A stretch of 64,000 bases of DNA, from IMG/VR virus record IMGVR_UViG_3300032116_000127, one strand, 5' to 3'. A model generated the notes under the pieces. It was given only the letters and a program-made list of their open reading frames with translations. It had not been told where the DNA came from and made no database searches. The position numbers and the translations under genes were made by a program. The stretch comes from an uncultured virus (IMG/VR IMGVR_UViG_3300032116_000127). Its lineage: Duplodnaviria > Heunggongvirae > Uroviricota > Caudoviricetes. Below are positions 35,769 through 46,278 of this stretch, piece after piece; the stretch's first letter is position 1; the number at the start of each line of letters is the position of its first letter.

Positions 35769-38360
35769 TTATGCGTATGATCCTCCGTCCACATCACCAT
35801 ACACTAAAGTCGTTCCATTTGATTGTAATACTTTTCCAATTGTACCAATTGATAATTTATTTAGAGCATTTGCTGCAGCACCAACTAATATGTCGCCTAC
35901 TGAATATGATGAATTTCCTGTACCACCATAAACTGTACCAACTGTACTACCTTGCCATGTTCCACTTGAAATTGTTCCTAATGTTGTGATTGAATTTTGT
36001 CCAACATAAGTTGAAGCAATATCAATTGAATCTGCACCAACTGAAATACGATCAGATGTTCCACCTACTGCTAAAACACCATTACTAAATGTTAATCCGT
36101 TTCCTGCAGTTGTAGATTTTAATCCTAATTCGTCAGAAACTATTTCTAAACCACCATTTGTTTGTAAAACGATATCAAATGTTGTTCCTGTTAATGCTAA
36201 TCCTTGACCAGCTGTATAAGTTCCTGCTCCAGAAAATTGTTCAAATACAATATTCGTAGAACCAAATGTGACCATCTGAATTGTTTGTACCCAACCAGTT
36301 TTTCCATTTGTTGTACCATATGCTACAAATAAAAAGTCTCCACTCGCAACTTCAGATATTGTATTAAAGTCAGAAGCACGTGTAAGTACTGTTGAAGATG
36401 TACGAACATAGATACCATTATGAGCAGCATTCGCTTGGTTTTTAACCAATATACGATCGCCATTTACTAATGAGTATCCATCTAATATACTAATTCCTGT
36501 CGAAAGAGTAATTGTTGCTCCATCACCATTTGTTCCATTATCGTAAGTTGCTGTTCCACCAGAATGTGTTTCAAGTGTAGTTGTTGTAGCAGCTTTTACT
36601 GATGCATGAACGTGAAGTCCTTCAGCAACTGCATCTACGTATGCTTTATTCGCAGCATCTTGTGCATTTACTGGTGCATCAATGTTTTCAATTCTTCTAA
36701 AGTTTGCAGAAATATGACCTGTTCCATTCGGAGCAAGTGTAATTCCACCATTTACATCTGTAGCACTAATTGTGTTTCCATCAATTCTTATGTTATCAAC
36801 ATCTAATTGTAGAACACCAGCTAATGTGTTTGTAGTTGAACCATTTGTTAAAACTGTAGAACCTAATGTAATATTTTTTGTAGAAACTGCGCCAGAACTA
36901 ACTGTAAAATTGTCAGTATTGAAAGAAGCCACACCCTTGTTAGATGTAGAAGCATCTTCAGCTGCAATTGTTAATACATTATTTGTGACAGTAGTATCAA
37001 TTCCTTCACCACCACTAAACGTTAATGTATCTGTTAAATGAGCAATCGCATCTGTTCCTGTATCACCTGCAATATTTAATGTAGTTGAAATATTTTCTGT
37101 TCCAGCAGCAGTTAATTGTCCTTGTGCATTTACAGTAAATGTAGGGATTGCTGTAGTTGAACCATAAGAACCAGCAGTGACAGTTGTATTTGTAATATTG
37201 ATTGTAGAACTATTTCCTACATCACTATTTGTAACAGTAATACCAGTTCCTGAAGTGACTGCACCACCAACTGTGTCGTAAATAAATTCAGCAAGAGATG
37301 TACTTGAATCTGTGTGAATATTTCCGATAATTGTTTTTCCAGTTCCATTTGGAGTAATTGAAATATCTCCATTAGTATTATCAGCAATTGTGATTGAACT
37401 AGAATTTGTTCCTGAATTTGTATTTAAAATTAAATCACCAGAACCATTTGTTGTAATTGTAGCGTCTGCATTTATATCACCAATTCTTACTGTATCTGTA
37501 TTAAGATTAACATTACCTGTTCCATTTGGTTCAATAGTAATGTCTCCATTTGAATTTGTAGATGATAATGTATTTGTATCTAATCTTAAATTGTCAATAT
37601 TAATAACACCACCAACATTTAAATTTTCAGCAATACCAACACCACCATCAACAACTAATGCTCCAGTTGTAATTGATGTTGAAGTTAAAGTTGAATTAAT
37701 ATTTGTTGTTAAAATTGTGCTTGCAACATCTAAACTGTCAGTATCAAGAGACATTCTCTCAGCACCATCAGTGACAAAAGAAAGTGTGTCATTTGAAGCT
37801 CCTGGAGTACTCTCAGCTGAAATGTATGTTAAACCATCAACTGATTTTACACCACCAAGTGATCCCCAAGTTGATCCTGAATATCCCTCAAAAGCAGATG
37901 TGTCTGTATTATAACGTATTGCACCTTGTATAGCTGGTGCTCTTTGACCTGTAGTACCAACTGGAATTACAACTCCATTTGTACCAAGAATAGATACATA
38001 ACCAGTTCCATTTGGATCAAGTACAATATTTCCATTGGCATCTGTAGAAGATATTGTATTTCCATTTAGATCTAGATTATCTACTTTTAAGTTATCAATT
38101 GTGCTGTTTGCATCTGTAATAATTGCTGAAGATGCAGTTAGTGTACCACGAGTGTGGTCTAATAAATCTGTAAAATACTTTCCACCTATAACTAAGTGAC
38201 TCGCAGCATTTCCGTTTGTTTCTGTACCAAGTCCTAGATAGAGACGATCACCACCATTGGAGTCGTTATTTGTAAGACCTGAATATGCAAGTTCTCCTGC
38301 TGCAAGTGTTGCGGGATTACCTGCTGTCGTCGAACGTTTAATTCTTATAATTGATGCCAT
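35769..38360 (-). CDS. Tail fibre-like protein
   Basis: IRIKRS...P..L..GELAY; DN...DGNTIS.T..NG.I...PNGTG repeats; ends DGGSY. Confidence 0.8.
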   Translation of the reverse strand: MASIIRIKRSTTAGNPATLAAGELAYSGLTNNDSNGGDRLYLGLGTETNGNAASHLVIGGKYFTDLLDHTRGTLTASSAIITDANSTIDNLKVDNLDLNGNTISSTDANGNIVLDPNGTGYVSILGTNGVVIPVGTTGQRAPAIQGAIRYNTDTSAFEGYSGSTWGSLGGVKSVDGLTYISAESTPGASNDTLSFVTDGAERMSLDTDSLDVASTILTTNINSTLTSTSITTGALVVDGGVGIAENLNVGGVINIDNLRLDTNTLSSTNSNGDITIEPNGTGNVNLNTDTVRIGDINADATITTNGSGDLILNTNSGTNSSSITIADNTNGDISITPNGTGKTIIGNIHTDSSTSLAEFIYDTVGGAVTSGTGITVTNSDVGNSSTINITNTTVTAGSYGSTTAIPTFTVNAQGQLTAAGTENISTTLNIAGDTGTDAIAHLTDTLTFSGGEGIDTTVTNNVLTIAAEDASTSNKGVASFNTDNFTVSSGAVSTKNITLGSTVLTNGSTTNTLAGVLQLDVDNIRIDGNTISATDVNGGITLAPNGTGHISANFRRIENIDAPVNAQDAANKAYVDAVAEGLHVHASVKAATTTTLETHSGGTATYDNGTNGDGATITLSTGISILDGYSLVNGDRILVKNQANAAHNGIYVRTSSTVLTRASDFNTISEVASGDFLFVAYGTTNGKTGWVQTIQMVTFGSTNIVFEQFSGAGTYTAGQGLALTGTTFDIVLQTNGGLEIVSDELGLKSTTAGNGLTFSNGVLAVGGTSDRISVGADSIDIASTYVGQNSITTLGTISSGTWQGSTVGTVYGGTGNSSYSVGDILVGAAANALNKLSIGTIGKVLQSNGTTLVYGDVDGGSYA

Positions 38361-38372
38361 TTTTTTCTCCTA

Positions 38373-38660
38373 TTAAAATTCCCCACTGTCTACTGTTTGT
38401 AGATTTAATGTTTTAGTTGCTGTCCATTTCGAAGTATTTGTTTTATAAACTAATAATGAACCATTATTTAATCCCTCTGATACTATATCAACTTGCACGT
38501 TTTCAGAAAGTGGTACTGCAGCACCACTCGTTCCTTGAATTCCTATTGTTGTAATTGTTGAACCACCACCATCTGTTGTAGTTGAAGTTGTCAGAGTAGT
38601 ATTACTCGGACTAATCGTACTACCTTGTGAGTCTACATTTACTGTTAATGTATCAGCCAT
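38373..38660 (-). CDS. Small virion-associated protein
   Basis: GSLLVY...TSKW.AT..L....DSGEF. Confidence 0.6.
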   Translation of the reverse strand: MADTLTVNVDSQGSTISPSNTTLTTSTTTDGGGSTITTIGIQGTSGAAVPLSENVQVDIVSEGLNNGSLLVYKTNTSKWTATKTLNLQTVDSGEF

Positions 38661-38996
38661 TTATCTTGTGACCTCTGGTGTTATTGTTATAATTCCTTCA
38701 ACTAATCTACTTTTTAAGCTGAATGAATCTGTCAATTCAACATCATACACATATCTTCCAGCTTTCATCGCTGACGAAGTTGCATTTCCTAATGCAAGTT
38801 TAATTTTTCCACTTGTATTTGGAGCAACAAATGTAGTAGTTATAGCAGTATAAGACGTTGAACCATAACCTTTTCGCATTTGCCCAGAAACTGTACAATT
38901 TGTAAAATCTCTTGGTGTTCCATCAGTATTATTGAATGTTAAAATAGCAGACCAATCTGATCCTTGATCTATAAAAAAATCTGTTATTTGTGCCAT
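38661..38996 (-). CDS. Virion structural adaptor (Ig/BppU-like)
   Basis: IDQG.D, QMRK.Y.S, G.I.L.L, GRYVYDVE, R.VEG....TPEVTR. Confidence 0.7.
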   Translation of the reverse strand: MAQITDFFIDQGSDWSAILTFNNTDGTPRDFTNCTVSGQMRKGYGSTSYTAITTTFVAPNTSGKIKLALGNATSSAMKAGRYVYDVELTDSFSLKSRLVEGIITITPEVTR

Positions 38997-39006
38997 TTCT
39001 TATACC

Positions 39007-39014
39007 TATTTATT
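39007..39014 (-). promoter_or_regulatory. Late promoter AATAAATA
   Basis: TAAATA box 10 nt upstream of ATG 38996. Confidence 0.5.
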
Positions 39015-39025
39015 AAAACTAAAAA

Positions 39026-39724
39026 TTAAAAAGCATTAATTTTATACTCAAACCAACCAAAATCTGTACCACCAATTACTCCTAAAAACACAAACCAACG
39101 TGTTTTTCTATCATTTTCTGTAAATGCTGACTGTCCTGTCATAGTAATAGTTGCAGTAGCACTATTTTGTACTGTTATAGTGCCTTGTCCTGTTGAAAGA
39201 TTTTGATTATTTGTATTAATAGTCACAGTGATTGCACCAACAGTTGATCCTGCTGGTCTATTTAACCAAAACATATCTCCAATCGCAGGAGAAGCTGGTA
39301 ATGTTAAACTATAATTAAGATCATTCCCTAAAATAAAAAATTTACCAACACCATAAGTAAGTGTTGTTGAACCAACTGCTGGAACTATAACATCACTAGG
39401 AAATTTACCTCTTAATGAAGATGAAAGTTTATCAGCACTGATTGAATTGTCAGGGATTGTATTTTGAAGATATTGTGTTGAAAGATAAATTGCAAATAGA
39501 CTAACACCTGCTAAAATGGGAGCACCTGCTATAGAAATAGCACTACCCCCATTTATAATTGTGTAATCTGTACTTGGTTTTTGAATTAAGCCATTCTTAA
39601 TTAAAAGAATGCTTCCTGCTGAACCAATTGGAAAATCTAAAGCAAATGTTGTCGAACTTCCATTCGGAGCAAACACTTGTATTTCAGAATTACCATGTAT
39701 TGGATCTCTACCCAAGTAAGCCAT
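39026..39724 (-). CDS. Fibre/baseplate-associated protein (MAYLG type)
   Basis: MAYLG, F..NGS.T.F.L, NG.IQ.P..DY, LTLPASP..GD. Confidence 0.65.
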   Translation of the reverse strand: MAYLGRDPIHGNSEIQVFAPNGSSTTFALDFPIGSAGSILLIKNGLIQKPSTDYTIINGGSAISIAGAPILAGVSLFAIYLSTQYLQNTIPDNSISADKLSSSLRGKFPSDVIVPAVGSTTLTYGVGKFFILGNDLNYSLTLPASPAIGDMFWLNRPAGSTVGAITVTINTNNQNLSTGQGTITVQNSATATITMTGQSAFTENDRKTRWFVFLGVIGGTDFGWFEYKINAF

Positions 39725-39742
39725 AGGATTGTTTCTTTCCTT

Positions 39743-42700
39743 TTAAGCTTGAGATTCAGACCAAGATAATTTTCCTGTCACGATTAATGGTGAAGCTTGT
39801 GTAATCGTTGAAGTATCCGTAGGTTGAATCGCAATAGTTAATAAGTCAGGACCATTAGGATAAACTGAGTCACCACCTAAAATCGAATTACCCATATCAA
39901 TTAACCCACTAAGTACAAAGTTAGTTGAACCAGCTGAAGCTTGAGATGAGAAAATAACAGTTCCATCTTTAATAATGTCACCTGTATCATGAGATATTGC
40001 GTTAGATAAAGATGGAGATTGAGTTTTTTCAAAAGTCAATTTAGATGGGTTTCCATTTAGAATGAAAAACACGTTCAATGATTTATTCGTAGTGACAGCA
40101 CCTGAGTCTAATTTCATTTGCATACGATTTATAATTTCTCGTTCACCTACTGCACCAGTTATACCAGAGTCAACTGCAGGTGCTAAACGAATCGAAATAA
40201 GAGGAATAGGACGTGTTAAGTCAACTGCTCCATTTCCGAATGCGTTTTCACCAATTGTAAAGCTTGTGCTAGTTGGTATTTCTGGATTGTTTGGAACTGA
40301 TGTTGTTGCAGGGAAAGAAGTAAATATACGTGAACTTGCTCCAGCTTTTTGAACCTGAGAAACATAAGTACCATCTGGTATATTACCAGTCGCATCTTTA
40401 ATTAATTGTCCCACAATCGCTTTATTAGCATCTGCTTCAGCACATTGGAAAGAATACACAAACACACGACGTGAGTTTAATGTAATTTCATTGAATTGAC
40501 TTGCTGCTGATGATGTTACAGTTTGAGTTAATCCAAGTGCGAACACGAAAGGTTTTGACTGTGCTGTAAATAAGTAAGCATCGTCATCATCAAACGTACC
40601 ATCCATAATAACAGATGTACCAAAGTGGAATAATGTAGGAGCTGATGTCGGAGCATCTCCGTTTTCAATTTCATATCTTGCAGGTAAGTTTCCTGAACGT
40701 AAATATGACTCATTTAATTTGTTATTGTGTATAAATTCATGGTGGTAATGAATATGACCTTTGGCGTCTTTTGTACCAAATCTTATTTTACCAGCACCAT
40801 ACCAAGAATAGTCAGCATAACACATTTGAATTTTATGAATATCAAAAATATATCCATTCGGACCAGTTCCGTCACATGGATCAATATTCCAATTAGCTTG
40901 TTCTACTTTTACATCTTCGCGAATTGTCGCTTTGATTCCAGTAGCTGTAATTCCACGATAAGGAGGTTGAACAACCATACGAGAATCAGAGTCAATTGCG
41001 ATAACACGATATATTTGACCTCTTATCTGTACATGATCTCCAACAACTAATTGTGTTTGGAATGAAGTATTATTACCAGTTATCACTTGAGAATTTTTAG
41101 TCGCAGCAACGTTTCCTGATAATTGAAGTGTGCTAGATCTTCTTACAACATATAGTTTTTGACCATCATATTCAAAGAAGAAACCATTCGCATCATCAAA
41201 CATACCTGCACGAATAGCTGATTGAGACCAAGAATCTCTACCATATTCTGGGAATCCTGCAGCACTTTGTTGTTGTGGTATAGCACCAACAAGATATGTA
41301 AATGTGTTTATATCTTGTACTGAATGAACTGGGAATGTTCCGTTATAAACGTTATTTCCAGTTGTCACAATAGCTTTATCTATAATTACTACGTTTCCTA
41401 CAGATAAATTATGTGGTTCTTGACATGTTGCTCTTATAGCATTTGGAGTAGCACCACCAATGTTTATATACTCAAGCTTTTGTAAAGTTTTCAAAGGCGA
41501 AAAGTTAATCGCAAATGAGTTTTGAATACCTTTACCAGATTGATATCTAAAGTATTTACGTGATTGACGAACAATCTTACTGTTTGGTGAAGTTCCTGCT
41601 GTTATATCAATACCTCCGTCAAATGATTTATGTAAAGAGAAACCATCTGGACGTAAATTTACAGAACTAATTGTAGCATAGTTTGCAGTCGTAAATGTAG
41701 ATGGGAATCCTGCAAGTGCTGGATCTATCGACATTTCTGTGTCAGAAACAACACGATCAATAATAAATTCATAAAGTCTAGCTCCAATATAAATGAAAAT
41801 TGAATCAAATCTTTTGAATTTGCTTAAGAATCTTGTACCAGAACCAATAATTGTTCTTGCATTTTGTGTTCCACTTACTGATCCTGTTTGTTTAGTTGTT
41901 TTCAAAACGTTTGTTGTTTGAATAGACTGAGTTTGAGCAGTTCCTGTTGGTGTTAATTGTAACACTTGTCCACCAATCGCTGAAACATAAGAGTTAGCTA
42001 AAGAAATTGCTATCTCAGATACAGGGATTGCGTAAAGATAAGTGTTATCTACTCCAGCAGCTGCAACTATATCAGTGTTTCCTGCTCCTGGAACGTATGA
42101 TACTAATTCTCCTGGATAGAAGTTTGTAGGATTGTAAGGAGTACTTAGTGTTCCTAAAACAATTGTATCATTTGTTGAATTGACAGCACCACTATTCGCA
42201 TCAGAACGAGAATCAAAAGAATATGTTCTTGCTGGAATTTTAAATGGAGCATTTACTGTAAATGACTCAGAAGTTGGTGTAGTAGCTATTGTATAGATAC
42301 CATCATACGCACCATCTTGAGAAAGAACATTAAATGTTTGAACACCTGAACCTGATGAAGTAAGAAGAATTGTTCCTACTGTAGCTGATACAACAAGTCT
42401 AAGTTCCCACCAGTTTGTCATTCCTGGAACAGCAGCGTTTACACCTGATGTTGGAGAAACAGTCACAGTCACACCAACTGGAGAACCAGTTAAGAATGAT
42501 GAAACATCTTTTGGAATCCATGTTGGTTCATTTTGGAAAATGCTTGAATCTTGTCCGTTCACTGCACCAATGTTATATACTATATTATCAGCAAATCTTG
42601 TTCTTAAGAAACGATTTGATGTTGATAATCTTCCTCTATGTTGTATCATTGTCACAGTACATTGAGTCGGTGCTGTTCCTAATGGAGTTTCAATGTTTAC

Positions 42701-45328
42701 AGTAAACACTTGGTTTAATGCAGTGCTTGTACTTCCAAAAGATGCAGTTGTAGCAGTACCAGAACCACTAGTATTCGCAGCTTTAATTATTAAACGAGAA
42801 TCGTTTACGAATTGAAGAGAATAGTTTGTGCCACTTGTTAATCCACCAATCGGTGTTCCTGCAGTTGTATAAGTTGCAGTTGTTTGTCCTGATATTTTGT
42901 GGTTTTGAATATAAACTGTATTATAAAGAGTGTTTACTCTGTTATTTGCAACACTGAAAGCTGCTGGGAAAGAAGCTATATCATTTGTAAATGGTGTAGT
43001 TTTAGATGTAAATCTTAAATAGTTTGCGTTTACAACGTTTGCAGTCACAGAAAATTCAGAAACAGTATAAGGAACAACTGTTGCTGAAGAGTTTACGAAT
43101 GCGAATCTATTTGTTGTAGAATATCCAGCACCAGTAATTGAAATTGTACAAGTTTCATTATTTGTGATTCCATGACTTGGAATATAAAATGTATTTTTTA
43201 AAGCAGTTAAATCATCAGCGAAACTGTAATATATTTCAGAGCCAGCAGCATAATCTGAATTTCCAGTTTCTGGATAATTAACAATAAAACTTCCAAGTGT
43301 AGTTGTATCACTGACTTGATAATTGTATGGAGGATTTGAAGTTCCATATCTTCCATTATTTCTTGTATTTGCTTGGAATGTAAAACCATCTGATGAACCA
43401 TTTGTAGAAGATCCATTCGGAACTCGACCTTGGAATCCTATAATTCTATTTCCTGCACGTGATCCTTTTCCAAATTGTCCTCCAGCTAAATCTGCTCCTG
43501 AATGTGCTGTATTTAAAGAAGTTGGTACGTGATCTATTACTATATAATAAATGTGACGATAGTTTGAAGTAGGATTACCAAATTTATCTCTGTTAATCGC
43601 ACCAAATTGATATTGAATATCTATGAAATAACTTCCACCTGAAACATAAAAACATCTTGTTACATCTGTATTAGGGAATTCATTTCCAGGAGATGCACCT
43701 TTAGCACCAAGAGAATAACTAATATTACCACTACCAAGATTTAAATAATTTCTTGCTATGTAAGTGATATTAATTGGACTTCCTGCAGTGTTTGCACCTT
43801 CAAAATATAATTGATTAATTATTCCTCGAGTTGGAACACGAGATGCTCCCATTATAGATTGTACGTTCCATGTAAATGAGTTTGTGTTTGTATTATTGAT
43901 ATAACCTACATCATAATTTCCTGTAGCACCTGTAGTCACGTTTCTTGAGAAGAAAGCAGTATATCTTGTAGAATCACTTCTACCCTCAACCTTATAAACT
44001 AATTGTAATCTAGGATAACCTCTTGTTGTAGATATTGCTGTAAGATTTACAAAACTTGCAAGTGTACCATAATCAGTTGCTAATTTAATTGTGTTAGCGT
44101 CTACGATAGAAGCATAATAAACTGTTCCATCAGTCATTCCACCATTTGTTGTAGCAGTTGTGTCGTCGCCACGAACTGGATCGTTAAAAAGTAATGCTGC
44201 ATTCGCAGTTAATCCGTGGCTATTCCAAGTGATTTCATCTGCAGCTGCGTTAATATCTGAAGTTTGTAAATATTTACCATAAGTAGTTTGCCAATCCCAT
44301 GTAACAACTGGACGATCGTATTGAAGATCTGCTGATCCAGTAGAAGAAGTTCCATCTACGTTGTTTGTAATAGTAATAGTTGGAGATGAATCTATGTAAG
44401 GACGACCATCTGGTGCAGTTAATGTTGGATCTGTGATAGTTAATTCTTTAGGACCAATTGTTTGTCTTAAATAAATTTTTGTTCCAATTTTAAGACCATG
44501 TGGCTCTAGTGTTCTTACAGATAGTGTTGAAGGACTTGCGCCATTTGTTTGAATAGGAGCAACTGGATTATCTGATGCATCTCTTGCATTTAAATCTAAA
44601 ATTAAATTTGATCCTTCAAAGAATTTAGCAGGAATAACTGAAGTATATGAACCAGCAACGTTTTCTGTTGCAATTGCAGTTTGATCTATTTCGTAGAAAA
44701 ATTCTGTTGAATTAACAACACCTGTGACTAAGAATGCTCCTTCGCAAGTGATATTGCTAACACCTGTGACTTGAATAGCATTTCCTACTATTTGATTGTG
44801 AGGAAGTGTAAATACACATCTTACTTGTTTTGAATTTGTTGTTGTATTAATTGAAACTAATCCTTCAAGAGTCAAATCTCCTGAAGATGAATAAATTGTA
44901 GGAATATTTAAAACTGTTTGAAGTGTTTCCCATTTTGTTGACTGAGAACCATATTCAAAGTCTGTATCGATTAAGTTTTCTGGATTTGATACACGTAATT
45001 TGTTCACTGGATCGATCATGGCTTCTTCGAATCCAACTCTTGAGAACTCTTCTTCTATAAAAATTTGTAATTTAGAATCAGCTGTAATAGGACCAGCAGC
45101 TGCAGTTGCAAAATTTACAGCAAGAACTAATCTAGTTTGATTTAATGCTGGTATGTATGCGCATGAAGTTGCACCTAAAGTGCTATCTGCAAAGTTATAA
45201 ACAATTTTATTTGCGCCAGCTGTGACGTTTGTGATTAATAAAAGTCTTTCGATTGGTATATTACCATCGAGTAATACTGCATTTTGAGCTACATCAATAT
45301 CAGATGCTAAGAAGAGTTTTTTTGCCAT
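39743..45328 (-). CDS. Large virion structural protein (1861 aa)
   Basis: LLLITNVT...YNFAD, K.RVS.P..LIDTDFEYG.Q.TKWE, RQSRKYFRYQSGKG, WYGAG. Confidence 0.75.
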   Translation of the reverse strand: MAKKLFLASDIDVAQNAVLLDGNIPIERLLLITNVTAGANKIVYNFADSTLGATSCAYIPALNQTRLVLAVNFATAAAGPITADSKLQIFIEEEFSRVGFEEAMIDPVNKLRVSNPENLIDTDFEYGSQSTKWETLQTVLNIPTIYSSSGDLTLEGLVSINTTTNSKQVRCVFTLPHNQIVGNAIQVTGVSNITCEGAFLVTGVVNSTEFFYEIDQTAIATENVAGSYTSVIPAKFFEGSNLILDLNARDASDNPVAPIQTNGASPSTLSVRTLEPHGLKIGTKIYLRQTIGPKELTITDPTLTAPDGRPYIDSSPTITITNNVDGTSSTGSADLQYDRPVVTWDWQTTYGKYLQTSDINAAADEITWNSHGLTANAALLFNDPVRGDDTTATTNGGMTDGTVYYASIVDANTIKLATDYGTLASFVNLTAISTTRGYPRLQLVYKVEGRSDSTRYTAFFSRNVTTGATGNYDVGYINNTNTNSFTWNVQSIMGASRVPTRGIINQLYFEGANTAGSPINITYIARNYLNLGSGNISYSLGAKGASPGNEFPNTDVTRCFYVSGGSYFIDIQYQFGAINRDKFGNPTSNYRHIYYIVIDHVPTSLNTAHSGADLAGGQFGKGSRAGNRIIGFQGRVPNGSSTNGSSDGFTFQANTRNNGRYGTSNPPYNYQVSDTTTLGSFIVNYPETGNSDYAAGSEIYYSFADDLTALKNTFYIPSHGITNNETCTISITGAGYSTTNRFAFVNSSATVVPYTVSEFSVTANVVNANYLRFTSKTTPFTNDIASFPAAFSVANNRVNTLYNTVYIQNHKISGQTTATYTTAGTPIGGLTSGTNYSLQFVNDSRLIIKAANTSGSGTATTASFGSTSTALNQVFTVNIETPLGTAPTQCTVTMIQHRGRLSTSNRFLRTRFADNIVYNIGAVNGQDSSIFQNEPTWIPKDVSSFLTGSPVGVTVTVSPTSGVNAAVPGMTNWWELRLVVSATVGTILLTSSGSGVQTFNVLSQDGAYDGIYTIATTPTSESFTVNAPFKIPARTYSFDSRSDANSGAVNSTNDTIVLGTLSTPYNPTNFYPGELVSYVPGAGNTDIVAAAGVDNTYLYAIPVSEIAISLANSYVSAIGGQVLQLTPTGTAQTQSIQTTNVLKTTKQTGSVSGTQNARTIIGSGTRFLSKFKRFDSIFIYIGARLYEFIIDRVVSDTEMSIDPALAGFPSTFTTANYATISSVNLRPDGFSLHKSFDGGIDITAGTSPNSKIVRQSRKYFRYQSGKGIQNSFAINFSPLKTLQKLEYINIGGATPNAIRATCQEPHNLSVGNVVIIDKAIVTTGNNVYNGTFPVHSVQDINTFTYLVGAIPQQQSAAGFPEYGRDSWSQSAIRAGMFDDANGFFFEYDGQKLYVVRRSSTLQLSGNVAATKNSQVITGNNTSFQTQLVVGDHVQIRGQIYRVIAIDSDSRMVVQPPYRGITATGIKATIREDVKVEQANWNIDPCDGTGPNGYIFDIHKIQMCYADYSWYGAGKIRFGTKDAKGHIHYHHEFIHNNKLNESYLRSGNLPARYEIENGDAPTSAPTLFHFGTSVIMDGTFDDDDAYLFTAQSKPFVFALGLTQTVTSSAASQFNEITLNSRRVFVYSFQCAEADANKAIVGQLIKDATGNIPDGTYVSQVQKAGASSRIFTSFPATTSVPNNPEIPTSTSFTIGENAFGNGAVDLTRPIPLISIRLAPAVDSGITGAVGEREIINRMQMKLDSGAVTTNKSLNVFFILNGNPSKLTFEKTQSPSLSNAISHDTGDIIKDGTVIFSSQASAGSTNFVLSGLIDMGNSILGGDSVYPNGPDLLTIAIQPTDTSTITQASPLIVTGKLSWSESQA

Positions 45329-45347
45329 TGCGTGTTTCCTTTAGGAT

Positions 45348-46007
45348 TTAATTATCAGTTATTACATATCGTGGGTTTAAATTATCACTCTTATTGTATA
45401 TACCAATAGGTGCTATAATTAAGTACATACCTTTTCCAGTAAAGGTTATATTCTTATCATAGATGTCCAAACCAATAGGACGATATTTTTCAATTGTTTT
45501 ACCATCTATATTTATATTATCATCTAATGAGATAAATCTATAAAAAGATGTATTTTTGTTTATTTTAAAAATTTCTGGTGTATTATTCAATATATTTGAA
45601 TAACCATCCCATATTACTTTATCGAGTGGATCTGAAACACAATAAAATATACTTTTTTCAGATACAGTCTTTAATCTTACGTGAGATTTACTCGCTGTTT
45701 TGAGTATTTCTTCATCTGAAGGAAGTGAATTACCGAAATAATCTTTTCGATCACCATATCCTTTCATAATATTAGAATAATGGAATCTAAAGTTTGGTCC
45801 CATTACTCCTAAATCTTGTTTTGTGTCCCAATCACGAATTGAAACTAATCCCTCTTTTAAAACTGTGAGAGTACATAGTTCTATGTTTGGAATACCAATC
45901 CATCCTTCTTTATCTTTAAAACCTGTTGCTTTTTGAAGGACTAAATTATCTTTACGATTACTAAAAACTATTTCCCAATCCCATTCATCACTCGATTTAA
46001 ATCTCAT
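45348..46007 (-). CDS. Hypothetical protein
   Basis: 219 aa, non-fibre composition, inside the fibre cluster. Confidence 0.55.
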   Translation of the reverse strand: MRFKSSDEWDWEIVFSNRKDNLVLQKATGFKDKEGWIGIPNIELCTLTVLKEGLVSIRDWDTKQDLGVMGPNFRFHYSNIMKGYGDRKDYFGNSLPSDEEILKTASKSHVRLKTVSEKSIFYCVSDPLDKVIWDGYSNILNNTPEIFKINKNTSFYRFISLDDNINIDGKTIEKYRPIGLDIYDKNITFTGKGMYLIIAPIGIYNKSDNLNPRYVITDN

Positions 46008-46024
46008 AATATGAAAATAATTGG

Positions 46025-46255
46025 TTATCCACCAAGAGCGATTGACATTGCCATTGAAATTTCACTTGGATCAACAGTTTGCCATTTTGCTCCATTATAA
46101 AGTTCGTATTTGCCCACAGTGGTATTAAATCTCATATCTCCTGTAGTTGGAGTATTCGAACGATTATCGCTTGTATCTGCTACTAAGCCTGTACCTTTTC
46201 CTCTAAATTTAAGGTCGTCTTGAATCGAGTTCGAAAGAATTTTGCTAATAGGCAT
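46025..46255 (-). CDS. Mini fibre adaptor
   Basis: MPISKI; GDMRFNTT....E.YNG..W; ends AMSIALGG. Confidence 0.6.
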   Translation of the reverse strand: MPISKILSNSIQDDLKFRGKGTGLVADTSDNRSNTPTTGDMRFNTTVGKYELYNGAKWQTVDPSEISMAMSIALGG

Positions 46256-46266
46256 TTTACTTCCCT

Positions 46267-46274
46267 TATTTAGT
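46267..46274 (-). promoter_or_regulatory. Late promoter ACTAAATA
   Basis: Box upstream of ATG 46255. Confidence 0.6.
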
Positions 46275-46278
46275 ATTT

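Noticed and set aside
32600..36660. Diversity-generating retroelement (Mtd-like N-terminus plus repeated segment)
   Set aside because: No reverse transcriptase in the window, both copies are inside coding genes, and differences are not confined to adenines.
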